In this document: piece by piece, positions 45,735 through 58,200 of the stretch
How positions within the stretch are numbered: the stretch's first letter is position 1
Layout of the letters: every line of letters starts with the position of its first letter
Origin: Massalongia carnosa
Lineage: Eukaryota
NCBI GenBank assembly: GCA_965645245.1
Contig: OZ287074.1
Location: 2,356,001 to 2,420,000, forward strand
Reading direction: 5' to 3'
DNA: 64,000 nt
Translations under genes and position numbers: made by a program
The notes under the pieces: model-generated
Told to the model about the DNA's origin: nothing
Database searches by the model: none
The model's input: the letters and a program-made list of their open reading frames with translations, nothing else

Positions 45735-46321
45735 GATTGAGGGGGAATGAGATAAAGGGAGATGAGGGAAAATGCTATGGAAGGCACTTTTGAATGTTGG
45801 TCGAACGTAATGTCACGAAATCAGGTCGAGGGCAAGGGCAAAGGCAAGGTGGGTTGATGGTCAAGCTTATTGATTGAGTCTATAGCTATGAATCTAGGCT
45901 AGGCTAGGTTGGCTATTCAAGACGTTCGACAAAGAATCAGAACTTCCATGATTCGGCTTCTTTCTTATATCTTTGTCCTCCCATATTCATCTTTCTAGGG
46001 TGGCGGCGAATGATGTCTAGTCAGTGCGATGATGAATGAGGGGCATTATAGCGGCAATAAGCACGATGGGGTCAGCGAGGAGACGGGAGATGTCAAACAT
46101 CAATGCGAAGATATTAGACATGATAATAGTCGAAAGACGGAAATAAATCATCAATGCGAGGCTGATTAATGATCAGTAATCGGCGAATTCGAAGAATGAT
46201 ATGAGGGTCCCGAAGGCATGGCACGACGTCCGTGAGTAGTCATCAGATCAAGGCACGTGATAGAGGCACGTGGTGAGGTCGGAGGCATTTCATGACATCA
46301 GTGGTAACTCAGGATGATATA

Positions 46322-48192
46322 CGGAGGCGAATCTCAAAAGTAATGATAATACGCTAAAAGCTAGTGCCGTAATTTAAATTTTCCGTACCGAGCAAGTTTT
46401 CCCCTTTTCTTTTCCCTTTTCTCATCCCAAATAATTTACGAACCAACATTTGATCAAATCATCATCATGGTCAATAAATCAGCTGATATTTCTTTGCGGG
46501 CTCAGGTCTTGACGTTGTCTCATTGCACCCCGGCCTCAATTGAATTTATTGCAGCTACTACAGGTTATTCTGTCCCCAACATTTATCGTATTCGTCGCAT
46601 TGCCAGGGATCGAGGATTTGATCCCGCCATTTCTTTGCAGGTGCTTGATAAATACGCCCGTCATAAAGAAAAATATGGTCGACCGAGAAAGGATACTACT
46701 GAGAAAGAAGATGAAGTCATTGATCTAGTCATAAAAGAAAGATACGCCCGTGAAAAAACCAGTGCCCAGTTGGCAAGAGAAGATGGACTGTCCAGATGCA
46801 CCGTGTGGAGAATCCTGAAACAAAGAGGCTATAAAAAAGTCAAACCGTCGTATAGACCAGGGCTTACTCCTGAAATGAAAGCGGCTAGACTGGCTTTTTG
46901 TCTCCTGTATAAAGACTAGACCGTGGAGGATTGGAAGCGGGTTATTTGGTCAGATGAAACAGCAATAGTGCTTGGTCACCCTCGCGGAGCTGTCAAAATT
47001 TGGCGTACAACCAAGGAAGGATGAAGACCAGTCAAATCCACCGTACGTGCCAGGTGGCATGGGGCTCATGAATTCATGTTTTGGGGATGCTTTTCCTACG
47101 TTTGGAAGGGGCCATGTTATTGCTGGAAACCGGAGACAAAAGCGGAAAAAGCGGAAGCCAAAACCAAGCTTGACGAGATGAATGCTGCATTGGAAGCCAG
47201 TGAGAGATTAAATTGGGAGTTGACCAATAGAATGAGACGTCTTTCAACTCGCAATTTACCAGGAAAAAAGCCCTAATGGAAATGGGATGAGGAACATGGA
47301 AAGATGATCAGAAAAGAAGGTAAAGGAGGCATTGATTGGTGGCGGTATCAACACGTCATACTTCTGCCAAAACTGATTCATTTTGCTCAGCAATGCAATG
47401 CAAAAAGAAGAGAAGCCGGATTGTCTGAAATGATCGTATAGGAAGATAAGGCTCCGTCTCATGCTTCCAAGCATCAGATTCCTATCTTCTCTCGTCATGG
47501 CATCGAGCGTCTTTTATGGCCCGGAAATTCTCCTGATCTCAACATGATTAAACCCTGCTGGCCCTGGATGAAGCGACGTACAACTGCCAAAGGTTCTCCT
47601 AGTTCTCGGTTAATTGCTGAATCTAAATGGCATCGCACTTGGGACGATCTACCTCAGGAGAATATTCAGGCATGGATTGAAAGAATTCCACGTCACATTG
47701 CAAAAATCGTTGAATTGGAAGGTGGAAATGAGTATTGCGAAGGACGTTTGGACGTTGATGGACGGACCAAAGAAGGAAAAATGCGACTTCAACAGCTGAT
47801 TGAAGAATTGCTCAGTAATACAGCAAAACCAGCTTCTTCTTCTTCTTCTTCTTCTTCTTCTGTGGCGTCAACGAGACAATTATCCAGACAATCAAATGAT
47901 GATGCACCCAGCCCGTTAAATGTCAGGGCAGTTATCCCTGAGCCCCCTACACAGAAGCCATTGACACCCCCCTTATTGAGAAAAAGAGCCGTTTTATCTC
48001 CGAAAAATCACCTTCCCCCACGCATTCAGAAGGTTATTCGTACTACAGCCAGTTTCAGACCAAAAAGACGTTGATTAGATGGTTGGTAATGGCATTTGTA
48101 GATAGTTGGTAGAATTTCAGGCTCGGTATGGAAAATCTAAATTACGGCGCTAGTCTTTAGCGTATTATCATTACTTTTGAGATTCGCCTCTG
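46322..48192 (+). mobile_element. Tc1/mariner-superfamily DNA transposon
   Basis: 72-bp TIRs at 46322-46393 and 48121-48192; TA TSD. Confidence 0.95.
46467..48074 (+). pseudogene. Tc1-like transposase, disrupted
   Basis: HTH region with GRPRK, VIWSDET, MFWGCF, EDKAPSH and WPGNSPDLNMI. Several stops and a frameshift. Confidence 0.9.
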
Positions 48193-51100
48193 TATCCGAA
48201 GGGTTATTCCGGCCCGACTAGACCGGTGGCCTCCCCTCTTAGATAGATTCCCACTTTTCCACATCCTCTACAATACAATCAACATCTACCCAATTCCCTA
48301 ACTATGCCTTTTGACCCTTATATATTTGACACCTCTCCTGCACGCTAGATTAATCGAAGAACTTCTAAATAAGCGAACCTAATATAAAATTATCCGAATT
48401 CTGAGATGATGTGTAATAGAATTAGTAATCATGTTCACGATATGCATAATTTTACGCTGAATCCAAATCTGAAAGAATTTTAATAATCGAACAAGAAACG
48501 ACTAAGTAATTGCTGATTCCAATAAAGTTTACCGATAAATTTTCAACTTCAAATGTTAATGCTTCCCTCGGGACCTGAGGGAAGTATCACGTGACATTGA
48601 AGTTCTTTGAGAGCGACACACTACGTTCCGACCTCTTCTATCTTCCTACTTCGTGAAAGTGAAGCTGAGCCAGCTGCGCGATACCATCAAAGAAACTCTA
48701 TGTGTCGCCGACTTGACGGAACACGATCGATTTCATCATTGGATGCAGACGGTACATATAATCGTTTTTTTGTTCTTGGAAAAGTTTCGTCTCAGGCCGG
48801 CACAGGACCTCCTCGCATCGGAAGAATTGCACGAACGCTGTGCCACTCTAACCTCCAGTTTTGTTATCATGACCGACTGGTTTTGCAGCCTCACTTCAAT
48901 CATTGAAATTCGAATCACTCCCCGACCCAATGACATGATAGCGAAACTATTCGCGACGATTTCTTCAACAGCAGCCGGCCTCCTCCGAATCCAGCCGCGA
49001 AGATGTCCCCCCCGCTCCACAAGCTCGCACGCCTCCTCCCCTCCGCGTCCGCCTTGACCTCCTTCGCCTCGCCGTATAACCCGCCAGTGCGCTGCTCCTT
49101 CCGCGAAGCACTTTCCAGTGGGCCCGTCACGCAAGCGCCGCCGCGTTTTATATCGTCACTTTGTTTACTCTCCCTCCAACAACTCGACCGACGACGACCA
49201 CGAGGCGCCCTTACTCTAGAAGTCTCATGCTCTTTGCTACCCCTCCCACATGCAGCACTAAACTGTGTTCGACCGCGACTATTCTCTAGAAATTTGTACC
49301 ACCTCGTAGCGCGATGAATTCACCAAAATTTGTCTAAGAATCTTCTCCTCGACCGAATCCTGTCTTTCGTTCTAGGCCGATCATCTGCTTTTTCAGGTGC
49401 TCGCAAACTTCGCCACCACTCGCGCCATTCTATCGGTTCAGCAGTGACTTTGTAATGTCTTGAATCGCTCCGATCCCCACGAGCCCGTCGGTGAAGATGT
49501 TCCAAGCTCTTTCCAAAACATGTTGACTCTACCGTTGAATTTCGATCTCAACGCGGAACAGGCATTGATGCGGGTCGCTCACGTGCCACCTCCGCCTCCG
49601 CTGACGAGCCCAGATTGACTAGTCAAATTCATGACGGTCATTCACAAGAAGCCGGACGACATTGCAAAGTACGAGCTGCATTCGTCCCTCACGACGGCTC
49701 GACGACGAGGGACTCTGATATTTCTCAGTCGACACTTGAACATCGTCAAGAACGAAGATCGGGGAATTATTCCATGAAACGAGAGAGCGATGCATTAATG
49801 AATCAAGGGATCAAGGTCGACGAAGCGATGAACAATCGAATGCTAGAGCGAAGTTATTCTTTCAAACTCATCTCCTTCCAGATCCCGATCTCGAGCGATC
49901 TGATCTAAACGATTAGATTCAAACGTCTATGTCATATTCGGTTGAAAGCAGGGATCAATAGTAGCTGAAATAAGCTCGTTCATGTGCTAGACGAAGATCA
50001 GGGCCTGCATCTCTTCGACCAGAACCTTTCTGACTCGGTCATGGAATATTAGCAACGCATAGTGATCTCAGTTGATCGCCGTCTTCCGCGACACCAAGCC
50101 CTAGGCGCCTCGCCTTACCTGCGCGTACGCAGCCAGTGTCACTCCGCACGAGACTGATATCATTCCGAACTAGAGTCGACGATTCTTGATGGAACCTGTG
50201 ACGAAGCGAGATAGTGAAAAGATTTCTACCATTGCGCCACCTGTCCTTCCCAACCAAAAGGCACAATACTTAGTCCGCAGACAAAGCTCTATTCTACTAT
50301 AACTGGGACTCATGCTATGTTCGCTGTAGGTCCTACCGTCCGCACCACGCATGGTCGAACCGTTACAGAACCCGAGAAGCCCGTGAATAAAGTATCTTGG
50401 GTTCAAGCTCGCATTGATTTCTTTTCTTCTTCGGCGATAGGCTTGACTGACATTTCCGTGGATTAGGGTTTCTTCCCTTTCTCGAGCATTATCGTATATT
50501 ATCATCGTTTTCGTCGCCGCAGTTCCATTGACTCCTCCCGCATCCTGATGAGATTATTGAGCCCCCGCATTCCCATCATGAAATAAACCGACCTTGATGC
50601 CTTGCACATGTAACCATGAAATCTGCCGTTTGAGAATTAAAATCAAATAAAGCTTCCCTCGGGGCCCGAGGGAAGCGTCACGTGATACATCTCTGTATAC
50701 TTGGTTCTTGCTTTGAAGGTCTCCTGTCCCCAAAAGAAATTAAGCGAATATGAAATTTGCTTAAAAGAGACCTTTAAATAAGCGAACCTCATATAAAATT
50801 AACCGAATTTTAACCTATATGCTTAAATGCACCGTAGGTACGGTGGAATCTAACTCTTAGGGACCAGATTTACTGAAGCGGCGTACATGTCATCTGGGGG
50901 GGTACGGTGGAATATCTTTCAAGGGTTGGGTGCTATTCCATTCTCTGGGCCGATTTCCTTGATTCAAGGGGTCAGAGATAGCCCTTCTTCGAAATTATAA
51001 CATGTGTTTCAAGGGAAAAATTCCGAACGTTCCTTGATTTTATAAAAATCGCGGCGTAAAGGGTGTTTGAGGAGGTTTTGAGGGGCGAAAGTACAGGAAT

Positions 51101-53628
51101 ATCAAAACTCGACGCCGCTCAACACCAGCGGATGATGAGTACCGTGAAACTTAGTGTATATATGAATTGTACATTTTTACTCGGCGATTCCGAATATGCA
51201 AGAATTAACGTTGTCGCGTTAAAATAAAGTTGTCAATTCTATAAAAGAATTCTACTCCATTCAACATGAGATCCCGGTTGCGCCCATTTGCGAATAAGCG
51301 AGAGTCCATATCCCGAACCACACATAATGAAAAATCCCACCCTCGAATTGACCATCATCATCATCATGAGCGCATTACCCATTGTGCATTTGAGCGAGTA
51401 GCGAATCGTCGTGTTTCGCAAACGTCAACATGCCATTTGGCCCGCTCAAGTGCAGTCTCATTTTCAAGGCCCGCAGCATCGCATGAAAGGCAAGGAAGCC
51501 GCACCCATTGCGGAAACGGCGCAATTATGGTCTAATTTGATCCAGTACCCCATAGAGTTAAACATTATCAATCAAGTAGATACGAGGATTCACGGACTGG
51601 CAATGTATTTAGATGGATTGTTATGTTACCTTCAACCCTGTTCAACCCTGTCATAGAATTACCTCGCACCCTCCCACGTTTCCTGATCGGGTTAGTATTT
51701 AACAGGCTCTCTTGCCGTGAAACCTGCCCTGCATATTGAATGGAACCGTGGCCCGTTATTCCGAACTATCCTGAAACCTCATCCCATGTGTTCAGACGTT
51801 CTTCCGCTGCCTTCAGTGCACTCCCAAACTCCTATATCCCGAATCCAATCTCAACGTCTCCACTATCCAAGCCTACGACTGGGATTGCCCAGGAGAGAGA
51901 TTGCTTCGGCATAGAGAAAGGCGGAACAGGTCAAAGCGATCATGGTTAGGAAATTAGAACAGGAACAGAGATGAGGGCAAGTCAAGAATAGGGGAGTGGG
52001 AAGCCATGGCTATAAAACCTATGTAGTTTCTCAGGTGTTTGGAGCTCTTCCTCGGACGTCTTGTATACTATCCCTAGACCTAGCTTTCTAATAGTAACTC
52101 TTGCATATCTCCCTATCTGGATCTTGTACGTGATAAACCCGAACGATGTCATTATATTTGTTGCAGTGAAAAGGAAATGAAGACGCATTGCAAACAGAAG
52201 CATGATTGGTCCATGCCCTCACGAAAAGGCAAACCCAGCAAGATGAGATCGAGCTCGACAGACCAACCGTGGAAATCAGTTGCATGTCAAAGATTTTTTA
52301 ATCATCAACACGGCTCGCACTATTTTCGAGTTAACAATCCCGAAGAAGTCATGAATAAGACAGTTGAAATGAATTTGAAAGGCTAAGCCCGACAAGTCAT
52401 GAATCAAGCCATGACGGCAGTGAAGGAGAAAGAGCGCAAGATAATACAGGAAGGAGAAATAACGGAAGTAAATCCATGGTTGGACCGAACTGGATTGTTA
52501 CCGTATTTGACAGGGTTCGAACGACCCGCATTAATGACATTAGTGGCTCAGCCCAACCCAGCAGAGGAACCCAGCATCAGCGAATTGTGGACGTCATTTG
52601 ATCCCATGATCCGACATTGTCAACAAACCATCATTTCCCGGGCGGAGATTTTCGTGCGCATAGAAGCAGTGCGCAAAGACAATAGTAGTCAGGAATACAC
52701 GCCTTTGCAATCATACATGAACACCCAATCCATTCAGGATCACAGTCGACCATGGAAGCAGGTGATGATGTTTTTTTCCCGTGCTTGGCCACCAGGTAGC
52801 GAGAGCAGCCCGCAATATCGATTTACCCCAGCCCAGAAACGAGCTTGGAGACGATTTTGCACCGCTACTGAAAGGGCCATAGAAGACAATGAATCCGGGG
52901 AGGAATTCGAATCCACATCGTCAGCGGTGGAAATCCGAGATATTGAAGAAACAGACAGTCCCGTTCATGAAAAGGCCGAATTGAAACAGGTTGATAAATT
53001 ATGTTTGGATTATTGAATTGCGTTGTTGGATCAACGCATCACACGCACCGAATATGACAGTCTATTGGTGAACGCGATGGCGGTGTTGGGAGTGGATGAG
53101 GATCGATATTTAGGACGATTCAATTGGCACGCATGATTGTGGTGCAGCATGCATGGGGAAACAGCGACGAGGACGAACGAGCGAACACATCGGGCTCAGA
53201 GTCACAGATGAGGGAGTTGTTGAGCGACGACAGCGACCATGGCGAGTAGAAAGAGTCGGAACACGAGGGGTTCGCGACCGAAGGCACGGGATGTTTGGCA
53301 CGAGTTCGAGACATGATGAATCGATTTATGATTCGGGGTAGTCATAATCCTATGCAATAGATGTTGGATTTGCGCACGTACGGGTTAAAGATTCATTACA
53401 ACACCACTAGTGTCAGGGTCTTGAGGTCACCTGACATCAGACTAGCATCGATTATGTAATGTGCCGAGGAACCGAATTTTCAGGGGTTATATAGAACTCC
53501 GCCCGAGTAAAGCTTTTAGACTTCGTCTGAAGATTTTGGTGTAGAACTAGGCTATTGAAATTGAACTCGTTTTATCCCTCACACAATCTTCAGACCTACA
53601 ATCAGAATCATTAGGCTAATCAGAAAAC

Positions 53629-55221
53629 ATGAACTCATTAGAATCATCCAGCAGAGATGTCGCTCCCTCGGGGCCGGCCTTCAACACTAGAGCTCGCTCC
53701 ATGTCGCGACAATCGACATAGAGCATACCAGGCGAATATGAACCCGCCGACGAAGAGGTGGGAAATGACACTGTTTTGCCGACAAACAAAGACAAAGGCA
53801 GGGAACCGAAGATCGAGGCCCCGACCTCAGAACAGAAAATCGACATAAGCAATTATGCCATTTATCGAAGTCTGACGGAAAGCAATCCGTCGAAATCAGC
53901 TATGATCATCAAGGTGGCCAATCGAGAAGAGTTGAGAAGGGCCCTCGTCCTAAAGGGAGACGGCGACATATGGTACACTGTTCTAGCCGGCACGCTCCTA
54001 CAACATGAGGTCTTGATCGAGAAATATCAGGACTTGAAAAAAAGAAACAAAGATCTAAAAGGTCTACAGGCAGAATGGACCCGAATGATAAAGAGCTGGG
54101 ATCACGAGAGACTAGTATTTGAGGAGGATATCGCGGCTGAAAAATTGGAGACTCAGAAGGTCAAAGCGGAAAACTCGGACCTCATTCGTGAAATATCAGA
54201 GATGAAACGTCTAGCTCGCGAAGCTACTCAGACGTCGACCTCATCGACTGGTCAAACTGAAGATCAATCCGCCGTCGCTGCCCCCTTAAGCAATTATCGA
54301 CCCAAAGGCACCAACCCGAAGGAGGCCCTCGACGGTTCCAACTCAGACGCCTATAGTGCATGGGCGTTTACGGTGGAAAGAAAAAGCAGAACCGACTCCC
54401 CAATGTACACTAGTGAGGAGTTGAAAATCGACTACGCCTTATCGCAGATGAAGGATCCCATTTTCGACGCCATACACACCTGGGTAGTGGATGCCGGTCC
54501 CACTCTCTCTTTGAATACGTTCTTCAAGGAAATTGAGAGCTATCTCGGGATAGCATATTTGACAAAGGACGCGAAGAAGGAATTGAAAGAAATAAGCATG
54601 AACAAAGATGAAACGGTGACTGAATACTATCATCGAATGTTCAAACTCTGGCAACGTGCAAAAACCCCCGCGGATGAGAGAATTGAGACGTTCAAGGACA
54701 CCCTGCGGCCGAACATCGCGCTGTCTCTATTGGGACGGGACTTCATCAGTCTAGAAACCCTCTTGCATGAAGCCAGGAAAATCGAACAGGGAAGAAAGGA
54801 GATGAATCAGAAGTACGCGAAGTCGGAATCTCAGAAGCCCGCGAAAACGACGACTTCTCCTTCTTCTTCCGTCGGTCGTGGTTTAAACAAAACCACGACC
54901 GCCACCTCCAGTACCTCGATCACAGTCAAACCAAAAGCGACTACGACCAACTCCGCCATCTCCGCCAACCCGAACTCGAAATTCGGACAGGTCTCGACCA
55001 AACCGGAAGGATGGGTAGGAGCTTGGTACGAGGGGACGCTTCACCCGCCCAAGTTGGAGGACGGGGAACGAGAGACTCTGTCACGACAGGGCCGATGTTG
55101 GTCGTGCAGAGGATCAGGGCATAGGGGCCGAGACCCCTGTTGCATTAGGCAAGCAGTGAAACTCAGTAGAGTCGCCATTCGAGAAGACTCATCCGAGTCC
55201 GAGGACTCGGAAAGAGAATGA
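53629..55221 (+). pseudogene. gag: gypsy Gag with an early in-frame stop at 53719
   Basis: ATG 53629 is in frame with ORF 53758-55221; ETVTEYY and the knuckle CWSCRGSGH....C. Confidence 0.8.
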
Positions 55222-58200
55222 TTCCTGATGATAGTCGCCATCAGGAATGTCGAGAAGTTTCATTAAGGGTTGTTAGAGCATCTGTTCTTTCTGTCGATCA
55301 TCTCGTTCCGGGCAAGCATCTTTTATTTAGATGTAGTATAGCCTCTAATGAAAATCAGTTGATGATCGATAACGGAAGTTGTGGGACAGAATATTGATGA
55401 TGGAAGACCTTGATTTGCTACAACAGAATTTTCGGCTGACTATATACAATGGGTAGGGCTGAGCACGTGAGATCAAGCTCGCTTAGTAGATGTACCAAGT
55501 CTGACACACCCCTTCGAGCGTAGAAGCTCACTGTCGCCCGAGTCTCTAGTCGTAGCACCTCTTAACTGTGTAGATTCTTCTTTTGTTGATAGCATCCTGC
55601 TTTGTAGCCTCATTAAACCCACAACCACCCCTTTAGCTCGTATGCCTTGCCGATGAATAGGTGGATGGGAAGAGTACTATAGACGCATGCCTACAATATG
55701 TAGGGCTTTTTCTGATGGCCTGTACGAAGGACTTATTGAGATGACTTCTTTGATGAGAAGTTGATTCTTTCTTCGACCGTCGTCACACTATTGCTGATAA
55801 TCTAGATTAAGAGTCTTTCTTCGACCGTCATCGCGCATTGCTGTTAGTCTAGATTAAGATCTTTCTTTGATCGTCGTCACAATTTTGCTGGTAGTCTAGA
55901 TTAAGAATTATGTCTGTCTCCTTCGCAGACTTAAAATAATGCCCCTCAGCGAGCTCGATGTGTAGCTGCTTTGCGGATGCTAAGCCGTGTCTGCCGGCCA
56001 CGTAGAGGCCGCATGCCTACTCTTCATGTAGGGCTTTTCGTAGCTGCTAAATGGATGCTAAGCCATATAATGTTGCTAGCCTGAGCAGTGCTTACGAGCT
56101 CTTTGCTGAGTATGTGCACCTTTGGACACTATCTTCCCCGACCGCAATTGTGTTCTCTTTCCTGTTATCGCTTTGTCTCGTTTCTACCCGACCTCAAGCT
56201 CGTTTCCATCCCGTTTCCGCTCATCATGACTTCGTGTCTGACTTCGTGTCTGCTTGATGTCCCCGTTTCGTTGACAATCGACTTCCGCTTGTGTTTCTGC
56301 ATAGGCGCTTGTGGCACTCGCTCGTGTCCGCTTATTCGATTCGTATCCACTTCGTGAGTGTATCTGACTGATGCGATATAATGTGTGTGATTCAAGAAAG
56401 GAATGACGTGATGATACGACACGACAGCAATCGACTGCTCGTGAAGGAAGGCTTCCTCTGTCTATTGAATAAAGGGTAGCGGAATGTGTATGTAATTGAC
56501 TAAAACACATGCGATTCCGGGCTCATAACTGTGGGACAGAATATTGATGATGGAAGACCTTCATTTGCTACAACAGAATTTTCGGCTGACTATATACAAT
56601 GGGTAGGGCTGAGCACGTGAGATCAAGCTCGCTTAGTAGATGTACCAAGTCTGACAGAAGTGAAGCTCAATTTCTTCATGAATCCTTTGCGCGCAAAAGA
56701 AAACTAGAGACCATTAGACTAAAAAAAAGAGACAGGGACAGACTGGAACTTGGGGATGGAAAAGTCCATCAAATCATTGATAAGGCCGTTATCGTTCCCG
56801 TCAGAATCGGAGATCATGAGGAAAAGTTATTCTGCTATCTGGCCGACATAGGTAATCATACCTTAATCATCGGTGATGGATGGCTGCAGGAGCATAACCC
56901 TCACATTGATTGGGTTGAACGCACCATGACGTTCTCCAATCGGTGCGTCAGTAAGGGATGCGCACCTCGATCTCATTCAGTCTCAAAATTTGAATCCACA
57001 ATCTTGGAGAAGGAAACGACTGCCTCAGCAAAGAACGAGGCCTTTGAAAATTTCGATATTCAGTCCCTCACCCCGAAGCGATTTATGAAACTTCTTCGAA
57101 GATCGGGTCATCAGACTTACTGTTTCTATCCGAGGGAAAAACTCAACAAGAAGTTAGATAGGTACGAGAAGAAGCTTCTGACTGCTTCAAGTATCAACGC
57201 AGTCACCAGCGACGATCATGAGAAGTTCATGAAAGACAAAGTCGAATATACTCTGGAAGAATTGAAAAAACGAGTACCCGAGGCCTATCATGGCGAGATT
57301 GAAGTCTTCATGAGGGCTAAGGCAGACGAGTTGGCACCCATCGAAAAGAGGATCACGAAATCAACTTGATGCCCGGGATCGAGCCTCCGTTCATCAAGAA
57401 TTATCGGCCCATGTCCGAACAGGAATTGACCGCGGTAAGAAAATATCTAGATGAGCACTTAGCAAAAGGGTTTATTCGTCCGAGCTCGTCAAAGGCGGCC
57501 GCGCCGGTACTATTGGTCAGGAAACCAGGCGAGGGTCTTCGCTTTTGCGTAGATTATCGAGATCTGAATAATATCACGGAGAAAAGTCGATACCCCATTC
57601 CATTGATCAGCGAGACATTGGCGAAACTCGCCAAAGCAAAGTGGTTTACTAAATTGGACGTCATTCATGCATTCAATAGGATGAGGATTAAAGAGGGACA
57701 AGAGTGGCTCACGGCGTTCAATACTCGATACGGTCAATTTGAATATCTTGTGATGCCCTTCGGACTATGCAACGCTCCATCAACATTTCAGAGCTATATC
57801 AATAACTCCCTGCGAGAATACTTAGATTATTTCGTCACCGCCTATCTGGACGACGTACTGGTGTTCAGTGAAACAGAAACGGAGCACATCGAGCAGGTAC
57901 TGAAGGTACTTCGTCGTCTGAAAGAAAGAGGACTTCAACTGGACATAGACAAGTATGAATTCTCTGTCTCCGAAGTCAAGTACCTCGGAATGTTCGTGGG
58001 GGTGAATGGCGTTAGAATGGACCCAGAAAAGGTGACGGCCATACTAGAATGGAAGACGCCCGCGTCAGTAAAAGAGGTGCAGTCCTTTCTTGGATTCGCT
58101 AACTTCTATCGTCGCTTCATTGAGCGATTCTCCGAAAAGGTGAAGTGTCTGACCGAGCTAACCCGCGGAGAGCAATATGTCACGAAAGGCGGAAAGAGAC

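Larger units (their letters stand above)
34678..46297 (-). mobile_element. Chromodomain Ty3/gypsy retrotransposon with intact gag and pol; 3' LTR split by Ngaro 2
   Basis: 487-bp LTRs at 45811-46297 and 34678-34924 plus 39864-40103; TSD TCAGT; PPT AAGGGGGAG next to 40104. Confidence 0.97.
34642..48331. mobile_element. 192-bp solo LTR split into 34642-34677, 46298-46321 and 48193-48331 by gypsy and Tc1 insertions
   Basis: The three pieces rebuild the LTR at 18722-18913 once the TCAGT and TA duplications are removed. Confidence 0.92.

Noticed and set aside
51351..51368. (CAT)n His-tract ORF 51266-51535 and (TCT)n tract near 47835
   Set aside because: Simple microsatellites with no supporting coding signal.
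56599..56656. ATG start of ORF 56599-57369
   Set aside because: The ATG is supplied by the mini-element LTR fused to the broken gypsy protease; it is not a native start.
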